Shown: piece after piece, positions 1 to 14,530 of the stretch
How the letters are laid out: each line of letters opens with the position of its first letter
How positions within the stretch are numbered: the stretch's first letter is position 1
Assembly (NCBI RefSeq): GCF_009914755.1
Contig: NC_060937.1
Direction: 5' to 3' (one strand)
DNA length: 64,000 nt
Source: the human T2T-CHM13v2.0 reference genome, Homo sapiens
The notes under the pieces: model-generated
The model's database searches: none
What the model was told of the DNA's origin: nothing
The model's input: the letters and a program-made list of their open reading frames with translations, nothing else
Position numbers and translations under genes: made by a program

Positions 1-699
1 TAGTGGAATGACTCAAATGCTGACATATTGGGAACTGTTTGAAAGATATTGATAATTCATAACCCCTCAAAGTGTGATATGCAGATCATCTGCACCTAAT
101 TCATGTCTGATCACTGGTTTTTGATCTCAATCTGTTCCTAGAGATTCGGATTTATTAAATCATTAAAATGTTGTTTGCCAAAGGCTAAGGGAGTGTATAG
201 CAGTGTATATTAAGTACCATATTTCATGTAAGAAAGTGGAGTAAAAACTTTTAGTTGCTGGATTTAAATAAGATATTGGTAAAATACACACAAAACTAAA
301 AACAGTGATTACTTGATTAGCAGGACATGTCAGGGTGAGGAAATTGGGGTAGCTGGACCTTTCACTATACACTTGAAATTATTATTTTGATTTTTGCACC
401 ATGTGAATAGAACTTCTATGTCAAAATGAAACAGAAAGATAATGAAGTGAGATGAAATAAAAACCAGCCAGATTGTTTTGCTACACTCTGAGATTTGAGA
501 GCCTCTGACTTAAATTGCATGATATTTAAGTATTATCTTTTATTTGTATGAGACTCTATGTTTTACAAAATACTTTAACTTCATTATTCTAATTTGATTA
601 CTATGACAGACCTATTAGTGTTTATTTCTATGCAACAAAGGGGAAAACTGGTATTTGAGGATATCTTCCTTCGGTCTGATGCATTCTGCACCCAGATTT

Positions 700-1020
700 C
701 TTCTCCCACTTTTCAGTGAGTTTTCCCAAAAGCAATTTCCTCACAAAATCATTCCTGACACTATATCTAAAATAAAATAGACTTTTAGTCTTTACTTTCC
801 TTTTTAGCTTTTAAAGATTTTATACCTGATATTCTATCTCACATTCTATTTTATTTTGTTCTATTTTTGTGTTCATTATCATTAATCCCCCCCATCTATG
901 AAAAGCAGCCACATCAAGGTCCAGCCTTTATATGTTTGGTTAACTGCCCGATCCCCAAGTGCTTAAAAGAGTGCCTGTGTAAAGTAGAAACCATAAACAT
1001 TGTTATGAATGAATGAATAT
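700..1020 (+). mobile_element. L2 LINE 3' end fragment
   Basis: Ends gtgcctgtgtaaagtagaaaccataaacattgttatgaatgaatgaat, resembling the L2 3' terminus with (TGAA)n tail; left boundary approximate. Confidence 0.6.
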
Positions 1021-1396
1021 CTACTTGGTTTAAAGATCACTCAAAAGTGAAATAATACTAGCTATAAATTTAGACCCCCAACCAAAAGACCTGTAAAAGC
1101 ATGTACTGCAAAGAAAAGTGAACAGAAGCAAATTGTGTGAGATGTAATAAAAAATAATGAGCAGATACTTTAATAAGTATGATAAAAATTTAATAGACAA
1201 TTTTAAAATTTTCATAGGACACTTTATGTGAGGTAAAAATTAGATCATGTAAAATAATTCAGGAGAAAAAGAAAAAAATAGCAAACTTTATTTTTGTTGG
1301 AGAAATTGACAATTATATATGTATATTACGTGCAGATAATCAGAAAAACGCAGGGGGGAATATGATCTATATTTTTCCCTTCAGGAGTGGAAACAT

Positions 1397-1948
1397 TGCC
1401 AGAGTCATTGGAACCAGAATAATTCCATCTTGAATAGGAGCTGGGTAAAATGAAGCTGAGACGTACTGGGCTGCATGCCCAGACAGTTAAGGCATTCTAA
1501 GTCACAGGAAGAGATGGGAGGTCAGCACAAAATGCAGGTCATAAAGACCTTGCTGATAAAACAGATTGCAATAAAGAAGCCAGCCAAATCCCACCAAAAT
1601 CAAGATGGCGATGAGAGTGACCTCTGGTTGTTCTCACGGCTACACTTCCACCAGCACCATGACAATTTACTAATGCCATGGCAGAGTCGGGAAGTTACCC
1701 CATATGGTCTACAAAGGGGAGGCATGAATAATCCACTACTTGTTTAGCATATCACCAAGAAATAACCATAAAAATGGGCAACCAGCAGCCCTCGGGGCTG
1801 CTCTGTCTGTGGAGTAGCCATTCTTTATTCCTTTACTTACTTTCTTAATAAACTTGCTTTCACTTTACATACTCGCCCTGAATTCTTTTTTGCATGAGTT
1901 CCAAGAACGCTCTCTAGGGGCCTGGATCGGGACCCCTTTGCTGTAACA
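1397..1948 (+). mobile_element. MER41A solo LTR (ERV1)
   Basis: TG...CA termini; close match to recalled MER41A consensus (ccatcttgaatagg..ctgggtaaaatga, aagaccttgctgataaaacag, aataaacttgctttcacttta); 4-bp TSD acat/aaat. Confidence 0.9.
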
Positions 1949-1959
1949 AAATGGAAAGA

Positions 1960-3625
1960 CAGAAACTCTATCACTTTAAGAGAATGTAACAAAAAAGGGA
2001 AAAGAACTAAACAAAAGATGTCACGTCAAAAGCACAGATTAAAATGGAATCAATAAATTTAAATATATCAGTAATTAAACAAATGTAAATGAATTAAACT
2101 TATGCTTTATAAGTCATTTATGATCAGATTGGATTCGAATTAGACAGTTACAGGTTTCTAAAGAGACTAAACCAAAACACAACAAAGAAAGAGTGAAAAT
2201 AAAATAGAGAAAATACCTTCTAGAAAATAGTAAACAAGAAGATACCCACCTAAGCATACCCGCCTAAATCAAATGACAATATTTTAATGCTAAAAATAAA
2301 AAGAGAATGGGCTACCAAGGAGAAAATAAACAAAAAAAGTGTCAAAATAAATATTAACAGTAAAACATTAATAAAAATAAACACAGATGGTATCAAATAA
2401 TACAATAATTCAGAAAATATAAGAAGAATAAAACCTGAATATATTTTAAAAATAACTTCCCACTATACAAAGCAAAACTAATAGGATTACTAAATAAATG
2501 TCAACCTATGGTGATAAATTTGTGACACGCACAACTCTATTAGAAGGTAATAATTCACTACACACAAAATTAGTTAAGTGTAGAGAAGATTGAAATAGTA
2601 ATATCCCAAGCTAGAGCTAATAACTATATAGTGCATCATTCATCCTCAAAAATAGAGACTATATAATTTTTTAAGAACACATGAAATATATAACAATTTA
2701 GCCACTTTTTTGATCATAAGAATATTTTATTTTTCTCAAATACTATTATATGTTTTTACTGAAATTAATTTTCAAATAAGCCGTAAAAGAAAAGAAAAAC
2801 CTTCATATATTTTAAAACATAAATTTCCCCTAAATATCCTCTGTGCAAATTCATTCACACTGGAATTTACAGAATTGAACAACAAAAAATCTTTTTTTAT
2901 GGTATAGTGGTACGTCTTCTAAACTTGCAGTCTTAAAGACGCTTAAAAAAGAGGTGAAAGTAAATGACTTAAGTATTTAGTTGCCAACATAAAAAAAAGG
3001 AATAAAAAATATGATACTCTATTCTATTGGAGATGTGAAGAATACCTATGATTCTTACGGAATGATTAATAAGACTGACATCTTTAGTTCATGCTTTATT
3101 TGAATTCCATTTTAAGAAACCCAAAGAAAATAGAAAAATCCTGTTATCTTAATACACTATTTATCTTTTGTGTTGATTAGTTTTGTATATTGAATAAAAA
3201 TGTTTTTAAAATCATATATTAGATTATATATGTTTGGAAGTATATTTAAATGTTACTGAATTAAATAAGCTTCTAAATATATAACAAAACAGCTATAGAA
3301 AGAAAATTTTGCACTTATACACTACTAGTGATTTTTGTCTAAAAACTATACTTATGAGTCAGAAATTATTTATGTTATAATTTTTCTTGTTAAACAATTT
3401 GAAATATTTCTCTCTCACATTAAAAGTTTTCTCCCACTTCTGGGTACAATTTTTAGTGCATATATAATACTCCATTTTTCAAAAGCAAAGATGGTACTAA
3501 AGATTGAATGATGGCAGGCAATTTACATAGAAAATGGTTTACATTTTCCCAACCTAAAATATACATTTAATCAATTCCAATCCCCCAAATCATTGTATTC
3601 TCATTGGAACAATTCTAAAGGAAGG
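1960..3625 (+). mobile_element. Highly degraded ancient L1 (L1M) ORF2 fragments
   Basis: A-rich sense strand; endonuclease-start-like tatatcagtaattaaacaaatgtaaatgaattaaact near 2065; segment near 3545-3590 resembles the ILPKLIYRFNAIPIKIP-coding region. Confidence 0.5.
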
Positions 3626-3629
3626 GCAT

Positions 3630-4134
3630 TGTGGAAGACAGCCTCCAATATGGCTCACAATGATCTCTGCTTCCTGGTGTTTTTACTCTTGTAACTCCTC
3701 CCCCCTTGGACCTAGGTAGGTCCATGTGACCAAAAACACATGCAAGAAGTGATGGCATGTGACCTCTAATGATAAGTTACAAAGTCTTGCAGGTTTTCAC
3801 TTGGGAGAGTCTATAATTATAAAAATCTCCTTGACACATTCCCTTTCTTTGTCTCAGATATCTTGCAGTAAGGGAAGCTCTGTCCTGAGAAGCCTTTACA
3901 GAGGCACAGGAAGAGGCCAGGACCTGAAGCCTCCCCCTCCCCCAAGAGTCACATAAGTGAGCTTGGAAGAGGAACTTCAGCACCAACTGGCAATGTAACT
4001 AGTGCTGCGTGAAAGACCCTGAACCAGAACCACCTAAATAAGCCCCTTCCAGATACCTGAGCCTTAGAAACTATGTAATATAATAAAGACTTGTTTGGGG
4101 GCAATTTATAACCCAGAACTGGATAACCAATACA
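3630..4134 (+). mobile_element. MLT1 (MLT1F-like) MaLR solo LTR
   Basis: Starts tgtggaagacagcctccaatatggctc..tgatctctgcttcctggtg; ends aataaa...ggataaccaataca, typical MLT1 termini. Confidence 0.75.
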
Positions 4135-4280
4135 GTTATGTTTTTAACAAACAGCTGGCTGGGGTGAAGAGTGCAGGTTGAAACAACAAAAATAATTTTC
4201 CCCGTAGAAATGTACCTCACCCATATGAAAAATTATACTTGCAATCAGATTCTCAGCAGCAGTGCTTTAAAGTACATTTG

Positions 4281-4568
4281 TATTTATTTTTAATTGACAA
4301 ATTAAAAATTATATATGTTTATGGTGTAAAACATGATGCTTTGATATAGGTATAAACCGTGGAATGGCTAAATTAAGCTAATTAGCATATGCATTGTATC
4401 ATATAGTTTGTTGTGATGAGGACACTTAAAATCTACTCTCAGCATTTTCAAGTATACCATACGTTGCTATTAACTGTAGTCACCATGTTGTACAATAGAT
4501 TGGCAGAACTCATTCCTCCTGTCTAATTGAAATATCGTATTCTTTGACCAATGTCTTCCCAATCCCAA
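4281..4568 (-). mobile_element. L1MA (MA7-9-like) 3' UTR fragment
   Basis: ttaattgacaaattaaaaattatatatg...acttaaaatctactctcagcattttcaagtata...ttaactgtagtcaccatgttgtacaataga matches the antisense L1MA 3' end. Confidence 0.85.
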
Positions 4569-5069
4569 TGCTTTAAACAGCTGAGATAATTGTATTTAGA
4601 TATTGCCATTTCATTATTATGCTATTAATATGATAATAAAATAAAATTTTCACTGAGCTAAACTTAGAAATATTGAATCTTAAAAAATAGTTGGAATCAT
4701 TACAAAAGTGCCAATGCAACTTGTTATTAACAGCATAGGTGATAACATTAACTACCAATCACAATTTCAGATAATGTAATATATTCAAAAATATAGCTTG
4801 TCTTTCATTAAATTTGGATGGTGTATTATTTTATGAGACTCATTAAACATTTAATTTTTTAAAAAATAGTGAAATTCTGCTGACTTAATTCATAAGGCAA
4901 GGTGTTCACTGCATATTTGTGTTTGGTTCAGTTAAACTTAGAAGTTGGAATTTAGATTTTTTTAGTAATTGTTTAATTACTAAGTAAAAATATATTAATT
5001 ATCTTTGTTTTTACCCTGTATTCAGACAATTAATATATTTTATGTAGTTCTGATTTGTTTCTTGGCAAT

Positions 5070-5495
5070 TGTATCAGTCAGTGTCAAGTCTAGAATGCAG
5101 AAATCACTCTAGAATTTCAGATACTGAGAAATTTAATGCAGTTGCAAAGTTGTTAGATGGGCTGTAGAAGCAAAAGAGAAAAGGATTTATGAGCAATTAG
5201 GGGGCTGGCTCAGCCCTGGGGGAGGAAGGATGTGACTCTTGCAGGTGCAGCTTCTTCCTGAAACCATGCTGCCAGGGTTGCAAAAAGCAATTTGAACTCC
5301 TGAGGGCTGCACTGAAACCGTTTTCTATTGCATTCAATCCCTATCCTACCTCTATGTTCCCATTGGAATTCTCTAGGTGCAAAGAGTGTTAGAGAATGTG
5401 CTTTTGAGTCTTCCCTTTCAAACACAATACACAGGCAATTTCAGAGAAACAGGAAGTGAGCTGAAAACCCACAGACACCTAAGAGATATAACAGT
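5070..5495 (-). mobile_element. Old ERVL/MaLR-type LTR, subfamily uncertain
   Basis: Begins tgtatcagtcagtgtcaagtctagaatgcagaaatcactctag...aatttaatgcag, a typical antisense LTR 3' end; locally higher GC. Confidence 0.45.
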
Positions 5496-5799
5496 AGACA
5501 ATAATTTGTAACATTGAAGTTTCTTCTAATAGAAACATTTTTTCAGGTTTCTGATGCAAATGTACGCAAACATATAGCAGTTTGACCTTTGCTTATTTCT
5601 AAGCTTTAGCATATTCCTATAGCCTCCTATAGATCTGACTTTTCCCCATGAATCTCAACAGATATACTTGCCTATTAAGCCAAAAACAAGTGAAAAAACT
5701 GAAAATTGTCATTGAGGAAGAAAAGGAATCAACTTTGAACATAATTCCTATGAAAAGCATGTTCCTCCTCTTATCTAGGATTAAGTCCATCACCCCTGC

Positions 5800-7350
5800 T
5801 CCGTATCTCATAATCTTGTTCTTCTCAGGACCTCACTTCATCAAAAGATTTTCAATTATCCACTGCCCATATAATCACATTAATCTTTCTCTCATTTTTT
5901 GGTTCCTTTCTACTTTCTTTAAATTTTCTGGCACCTTAAAAATTAATTTTTGACCCAAGATGTCAGATTAGTTATACTCTTCTTTATTTCCATTCAAATA
6001 TGCTTGTTGAAAGTGTTGCACAAGCTCACATTCTCCTCTTGCTTATTTTCATTCCTCCAATCAGTTTGGTTAAGTATTTACATCCACTACTGCATTGAAA
6101 CTACTTTAGGAAGGAGGTCCACCGATAACCTCGTTTCCTTAATGTTTTGCTGATTGTGAAGTATATGACCATAGCTGTTGGGTCTATGGCCTACTTTCTC
6201 ACTTTTGCAAATCTCTTCTGTGGTCTCAAAAAAAAAAAAATCACTCTGCTGGTACTCTTTCTCTGTTTGCTGATTCTTCTCATGTTTGCCTCTGGGTTCT
6301 GCCCATGTCATAAGTATTTCCCACTGAATATTCTTCAAAGAAATTTTGTCTTATTTTGTGACTTGAACTAGTCTATGTCAGAGAGGCCTAAAGCTGTATG
6401 TCTGGTTGGGGAGCTTCAAACTCATGTATCAAATCGTTTTGGGCATATAAATAACCTGCATGTCACAGAGATATTACTCAACACAATATGTTAAAAGAGA
6501 GTTTGCGATTAAATCTCTTCAAATCTTCCTGTCCAAACATATATCATTTCTAAATGAACAGCACCACCATTCTCTTAGCTCTGAATACATGAACTTTATG
6601 GACAGCTTTGTGGCTTCTATCATCCACACCAATCGATAACTGAATCTTGTTAATTTCATCACTTAATATTTAGCAAAGCTGTAAATTTGTTAGCATTCCT
6701 AATGCCGATAGCTTACTTTGTCCTATGGATTACTTCATCCTGTTTTACATAGTCTCCCTGCATTGTCTTCTCTTCCTTTAATGCCTTTTTGCTATGTTAA
6801 CTTGAATAATATTTGTGAAACATAAATACAACTGATCATTACCATGATTATCTTTCTCCATTAGCTATAGAAACCATTTGATATCAAATTCAAATTAATT
6901 AGCCCTAAGATATCATGGGAGGGACTTTGACTTTCCCTTTTTCCTTTTCTTCCTTCTTATTTTCTTTTGCATGACTTACACTTTGGAACTCTAGTCACTC
7001 AAATGATTCATGCTGTGGCTTTCACACATGCTGCCTCCTGATTTTGTCCCTTCTTGCCTTCTCTCTATACCTAAACCCATGTTCCCTACCAGTACCTCAG
7101 GTCAGGAATTACCTTCCCTTAGAAAGCATCTTAGCCTTACTTGAACCTCAGGCTGATAGTTGCTCTTCCATAGACTTTTGTTCATAATTCATTATAATAT
7201 TTAGTAAATTTTATGACTAGTTTCTGGATATTACTTGGTTCTCAATGTCTTGAAAAGAGATTTCATATTGTTAACATTTGAGTCAATTTCGTGACCTAAG
7301 AGAAAGATTATATGATGGAAGAACAAGTAAGTAAAATAAAACATATTGAA
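5800..7350 (+). mobile_element. L2 LINE, degraded 3' region
   Basis: Pyrimidine-rich, with L2-like motifs (ctcaacacaatatg, cagcaccaccattc, ctttcacacatgctg, cctcaggtcaggaattaccttccc). Confidence 0.55.
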
Positions 7351-10159
7351 TTGATTCGACATATGAATTGAATGTCTGCAAAGTACCAAGCTTTATGTAG
7401 GACTTGGTATCCCAGCAGTGATGAATTCAGACTCAGTGCTAGTTTCTTATCTATCTTCTGCATAAGACTCTGTACTCTTTGAAAGCCGAAAGAGGCTTAC
7501 CAATATTAAACCTATTGCCATTTAACAGATAAGTTTTGAGAAAGAATGAAAAAGCGAAATAATTTTTGCAGTTATATATCCAACTTGTAAAAAGTGCTGC
7601 TTTTGATATGCTCCACTTTTGGATTACAGACTCTTAAGTTTCTCCCACTGTAAGAGAAAAGATCTGTTACTAATCCTATAATTTACTTTAGAGTTTTTTC
7701 AGGTATCTAAAATAGTCTTGCATCCATGTATCAGGGGCAGCTTCAATTATCTTTGGTCCTCTAAGACTGATATCCTTTTAATCAACCGAAATGGCTCTAC
7801 AATTATCTAAAAATGAAAGGGTATAAGTTAAAGGTGATTCTTAAATGTGGAAGCTAAGAGATTAGAAAACATTAGGCACATGTTTTCTGGGACTTAATAA
7901 TGAGTCATCTATATTTATAAGCCAGTTTGCTATAACATCAGTAGGGGAGTGATGCATACTTTTATTGTAGTGAATGGAATATAATAATCGCTAAATTCTC
8001 CCTTCCATATTTTTTAGGTTTTATACAGTTCTAAATATTTCAGACGAATAGAGTTCAGGCAAAGTCAGGATTTATAAAATTTTATTATAGAAATGTTATA
8101 AGAAATATAACACATGAGAGGGATACTAAATTACCAAATAGTGTACATAAGATAAACAGCTTTTCTTCACCTCTGAAAATAATTTAAATATGTCAATGCC
8201 ACTTTCTTGGATATGTAATGCTAGATGATAAAACAGAAAATTCTAATATTGGTGAATTTTTAAGGAATTTTCAGTAAGTTTGATTTACAAACTTTAAAAA
8301 ATCTTGTTTGATAGTTTGTTTTAGTTTCACTTTACTCAACATTTTTCTGATGCTCAATAGATAAAAGAGTGAAGTCATGATTATTCATGTACTAAATAAA
8401 GTGTGTTTAATTGCAAATTTTACTTACTGACCTCAAAACAATTATGGTACTCAGTTGAACGCAATTTTCTTTCTAATTACCTGAATAAATTACTGTGTTC
8501 ACTCTACCTTGCTTTTTTATTTCACTTTGCCTATTGTTTGCTCTCAAACCTGACTGTCAACATTCTGGAGATGCCTTTTACTGGAGGCATTTCATTTTCT
8601 TTGATGGAAATGAATAGTTTAAAGTGATTTTATTCTGTTCTCTCATAATTGATAAAATAGAAAATGACCATCACAATCTGGAGACCATTATTTATTTATT
8701 TATTTAAAGACACATCCAGAAATGCTAAAAGTGAGAATGAGAACAATTTATTTTTTATCCAGCATAAATTCATCTTCTTTTGGAAATTTAGAGTATAGGC
8801 ACATATATTTGTTTTATTCAATTTAAATATTTTAGCAGGTATTGAATACTTGTTAAGGAATTTAGTGTAATTTTTCCTAATAATACTCTATAATATTGTT
8901 CTTTTAGGATGTTATTGTTAGCTGCATCTAGCTCCAAGAAGCCTGATTCACTAGATAAGAAGTATTATTTTAGAGTAATATAAGCCATTTCTTAATGTTT
9001 GCTAATAATTACCTAACTGAAGTGAAGGGGAAATAAAAACAAGTTTCAGTTTCTGAATGGACATTTATTACACAAACTATTTGTCATGATTGTCACATGT
9101 AGGATAAAAGTTAAAATTATGGTAAATATGTTCATATACTATGTAAAGTCAAAATAATTTTTACTGGTCCAAATAAGTTGGTCATATAATGTATATGTAG
9201 AGTAAATTCTTTCTTAATTTGGAGTATTACTAAACATTTTTACCCTAGCTGAGACGAAGCGTATGTAAATATGTCTTCTGCATATTTTTGAAGAGAAAGT
9301 TAGAAGAAAATGAAGAAAATATTGTCAAATTCTCAATGAAAATAAATGAATGAGTCATAGGCCTGCTTCTGATGGACAAAATGACGCACCAGAAATGTCT
9401 ATAACCTAATTAGGGAATAAAACAAATATCATATATAAGTAATAACATCTTGAGACTCAACTGGTCCCTCAAATGTGAATGTTCAAGTAATACTTCAAGA
9501 GAATCCATTGCAATCATAGGTGTCTAGTCACACACAACTATGTGGTGGAAAATTCTTGGGCTGAGAGAACATGCAACCCTGAGGGAGGGTAGGAGAAAAT
9601 AAGAAGCAGTTGATTTCCTCAGCCAGTCAACAAATTTGATTCTTTTCTTGTTTTAACGGCTTTTGTATTAAGAATGCTTAATTTTTATGAATCATATGGA
9701 TAAAGTAAGAAAATTCTAATTTGGGCTATTTTAACATGTCAGCCATTTTAATCTTCAGTTGCATCAGTCTTGAAAATTGTAATCCAATAACCTAGAAATG
9801 TTAATTCAAAAAAATCCATTATAACATATAAACAACCCTAGTCAGATCAATTGACTGAAAAGAAAGGAAGGAAAGAAATTGAAGTCAAAAACATACAAAA
9901 ACCAGAAATGAGAAAAATTTATGTAGAATGATATTCACTATAGAGTTACTTATTTTTTTAAAAAAAAGAAGCAACCAAGGTGCCCCAAAATAGGAAATAT
10001 TAAGTAGATAACATATGATACAGCCATTACATTAAAAATATATGCAAATTAGAAATATTTTCTGATTTAATGATACCTGAAGCTTTTCACAGTTTAGTGG
10101 TAAATTAAACATGGATAAATAACGGGCAGAGTAAAATAAAACTGTAAGAAAGCACACTT

Positions 10160-10270
10160 TTTTTTTTTTGCTTTTTAATAAATGTTTACATTTTAAAATA
10201 TATCTATGTTAACAGAAGAGTTGTGAAGAAAGTACAGAAAGATCATATTTGCCCTATACCTAGTTCTTAC
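10160..10270 (-). mobile_element. L1MC-like 3' end fragment
   Basis: Poly-T followed by aacagaagagttgtgaagaaagtacagaaag..ccctatacctagtt. Confidence 0.5.
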
Positions 10271-10402
10271 GGAGAGAAGTCAGATGAAGATAGATAATAT
10301 AGGAACAAAACAAGTACAGAGAAAATCTACTTCTATATAGGAGGGAGTAAAAGTGCACATTTATCTCCGAAACACAGTGACTATTTTTAAATACATTATT
10401 AG

Positions 10403-10755
<353 letters not shown>

Positions 10756-12842
10756 TAAACAATAGAATCCCCTTCATAGTCCAAATTTTGTTGAAAATAA
10801 TTTTAGCAGTCAAATTTCAGTGTGTTGCCATAATCACAGTACCCCAAAATATATTGTCCTTATCCCTCACCACATCATTAAGTGTATACAAGCTGTTAAT
10901 TAGACAAATATCATCATATTTTTCCCTTCTTACATTTAAAACATAGATTTCAAAATAATTCATATGATCAAAGTAGGATACATGAATTTATTTCATATAT
11001 TATTTTCAGATTTGTCTTTTATCCCTGTCTCCCATTTTTTTCTCCTATCACGTGAAAACTTTGTCATCATGCAATTATGCAGTCAAAAATTTAGGTTTAG
11101 AATATAGCACAGAAGATCAAGAAAAATGAATATATGGTTTAAGTGTTTTGTTTTCTTTTTCCATTTCTTACTTTGATATACTCTGTGTTTATAGCCTCTA
11201 TTGTAATGTTTGATAGCACATCACCGTGTCCCTATGGTAAAATTAAACAAAACACAGTAACTGAAGGTATAATTCTGTTTAATCACTGCAATAGGTATTT
11301 GTTGTGTACTTAATAGTTACTCTCCGGTTATTCTAAATCCTGATATAAAGATAAATAAAACATTGTTTCTAACACAGAGGACGTCACAGCCTAAAGGGGA
11401 AATGAAATAGGATTGTACTTCTTCCTGACACTTTCATTCATCTTTTCTTCATTATGGGAGCCCTTGATAACTCCCTGCAGTGTGTTTGTTCTTAGAAGTA
11501 ATCCAGAGGTGAATTACAAGGCATTTAACTAGCTAAAGGCTCATATTCTGTTGCTCCTTATGATATCACTCTTGCTGTTGGTCAGAATTGAACCTAGCAG
11601 TCCGATTTTAGTGACTGAGCTCACACTTTGCTCCCAGATTCTACCCCTGATGTAACTTGGCTATTGAGTGGGAGCTCTAACTTGACACTATTTAATGAAT
11701 TCCATGCTTGATAACCTCCTTTTACCCCAGAATCCTACAAAAGATGTTCTAACTTTTGCCTTACCGGTGTGCTAGAGTTTTGCTTCCTTACCTTGCCCTG
11801 TTGCTGGGACCCTACTTAAACTCACTGATCTCCCAATTAGGAGTCACTTTCCTGCCAACCTGGGGCCTCAGGGAAGAATGCTTGTCTTTCTTACTATTCT
11901 TTGTAGCACGGAAATTTAGCATAGGTCCTAGAAAAGCATAACGATCCAAATATTTTTATTAAATTGTTAACATAAACTAAACCTCGCAATTATTCATTTT
12001 TATCTTTTCCCTCATTGTCTGTGCTGTCTGTCCAGACCTCAGAAGCATATTGTTACATGCTGACAAGCATACTTCCTATCACATACTTGTTTTCATTTTC
12101 TATACTTTTATCTTCTTCCAGTTTTTTCTGGTTTCTCTGTCTACATAATGTATGTGATTTACCTTTTTGCAACTCTCAACTTGTTCTCTTTCTATAAACA
12201 CTTGAATGTCTCTCATTAATATTATAGCTACACCAGGGAATTACATGAGCACAATATTATGATGCTAATAATTCCAGGAAGAATGGACATTTTAGAACAG
12301 CATAATGTGTGATAATTATTCCTGAAGAGGTCAGAGAAGATATCATAAAAAAGATGTTTTGAAAGCTTGAGAGGGCATTTTCCAGTTGGATAGCAGAAGA
12401 ATAGTTAACTTTGCTCTAAGGAAAAACTCTCAGACACATGTGAAAAAAGACTATGATCAGGTTACAATAATTAGTTTGGTATAGTTACTATGTGGAAATA
12501 ATTCTGGAGAGTGTGTGGAGTTGGAACTGTGTATTAGGCTAAGACTGTGAAGCACCTGTTGTAAAATGAAAACAGATTTGAACTTTGTCCTTTGGTGAAT
12601 GCTTTTATTATGAGAGATTAAAAGGATCAGATCTGTGTTTTAGAAATATGCCACTCATGTTTCTGTGATACTAGATCTGAGAAAAAAGAGCAAAGAGTCA
12701 CTAATACCACTTAGACAGGGACACTGACAAGGAACAAAATACGATGCTGTGGGCCTGAATTAGGTTATGTTGCAAAATGATATGACACAAATAATATTTA
12801 TTTTTATGTGGAAAGTATGTAAAAGAAAGGGGTCAAATATTC

Positions 12843-14100
12843 TTTCATCAATTTATTCAACAATGAGTTGAATTTACCAAGCAAAGTGCTATAAATGGTG
12901 TATTAGTCTGTCCTCATGCTGCTAATAAAGACATACCTGAGACTGGGTAATTTATAAAGAAAAAGAGGTTTAATGGACTCATAGTTCCACATGGCTGGGG
13001 AGGCCTCACAATCATGGTGGAAGATGAAGGAAGAGCAAAGACTTGTCTTACATGGCGCCAGGAAGAAGTGCAGAGCAAAAGAGGGAAAAGCCCCTTATAA
13101 AACCATCAGGTCTCATGAGAACTCACTCACTATCATGAGAACAGGATGGACGAAACCACCCCCATGATTCAATTATCTCCACCTGGTCTCTCCCATGACA
13201 TGTGGGGATTATGGGAACTACAATTCAAGATGAGATTTGGGTGGGGACAGGGGCAAGTCATATCAGATGGCTAGAGCAGCAAAGAAAACTGACAACAGCC
13301 CTCGATCAGAAGGTGCTTAATTTTTGGTAGGGGAGACAGGCATTAAACAGATACGCAAAAAATATATAATCTGGAAAATGATGATAAGGTCTGTGAAGAA
13401 AATTAGGCAAGAAACGAGATGGAAACAAAAGAATACTAGGAATTTTAAATGTGAGGACTTGAAGTTGAGAGACAGAGTCATGCATAAACCTGGGGAAGAG
13501 CATTCCAGCTAGTGGGAAAGGTAAATAAAAAGTTATTATTTAGATGGAGCACAGTGTATGAGGAGGAGTGTAGTGAGAAGTAAAGTCAGAGAGTAGAGAG
13601 ACCTACAGGCCAGTATTGTCTTTAATGTACTTGCAGAATCAGAAGTAAATCCTTACTCTGTGAGTAGATTGTGAGTTGGATTTTGGAAAGATTTTAGTTT
13701 CCTGAGTAAAATATCAGAGAAACATCCACTAAGTCAATGAAGGTATGACTTCAGCTCAGTAGGCAGATTGGAGATACAGAATAAGAGGACCCATCTAACA
13801 AGTTTGAAAAACATTCTTCCAAAAATTAAAAGGGAAAGGCTGAGTCAACATCAAAAATAGAATTTTCAATAGAAGATTGTGAATGACGTGAATGACATTG
13901 AAAATAATTCAGAGAAGTCACATAGGTAAAAACTGAGAGAAGGTCATTATGTTTGGCAATTAACAAGTTTGTAGTGACTTAAATAGGAGCTCTTTTAGTA
14001 GATTAATAGAAGGAGAGACAGATCTCAATGGTCTGTGGAATATGTGAAAGTGAGGACGATGAAAGAAGGTTAGTATTGAGGATTTTTTTATGGTAAATGG
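12843..14100 (-). mobile_element. L2 LINE interrupted by THE1C LTR
   Basis: Antisense L2 3' end (ttcatcaatttattcaacaa) continues across the THE1 insertion into purine-rich L2 body. Confidence 0.6.
12899..13265 (-). mobile_element. THE1C-like MaLR solo LTR
   Basis: tgtattagtctgtcctcatgctgctaataaagacatacctgagactggg...gagatttgggtggggaca...atatca; 5-bp TSD aatgg/gatgg. Confidence 0.93.
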
Positions 14101-14299
14101 ATAAAGAAAGCTAAAGTTTGTTTGATCATTTTAAAAATACACTTTATTACAAAAAGAGTTTCGTGTAACTTTGGAATTCTTAATTTCTGTGTATTATTTC
14201 TATCAAGTTAAATACAGGAAACTTCAAAGAACCTACAAATTTCCTATACTGTGCTGAAATTAATGGAGTGATTTGACTGTGAAGTACAGTCTAGCAATC

Positions 14300-14530
14300 C
14301 AGCATAGTATGAAAAACATGTGATCTCAAATAAAGACCTGGATTTCAGGGCTGGTTTTGGCAAACAGTATTGCATGGGAGTGTTAAACTTCTTTGACCTT
14401 TAGTATTAACATAGAGTTAGGATACTAGTAACATCTACCTGAAAAGTCTATTACAAATATGAAATTCATGAATACATGTTTTTTAAAAAGGCATTTAAAC
14501 ATACACAGGGTGGTTCCTGTTATGATTAGC
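14300..14530 (+). mobile_element. MIR SINE
   Basis: agcatagt...agacctggattt...ttaaacttctttgacctt...gatactagtaacatctacct. Confidence 0.55.

Noticed and set aside
1475-1747. 90-aa ORF
   Set aside because: Lies wholly within the MER41A LTR; incidental
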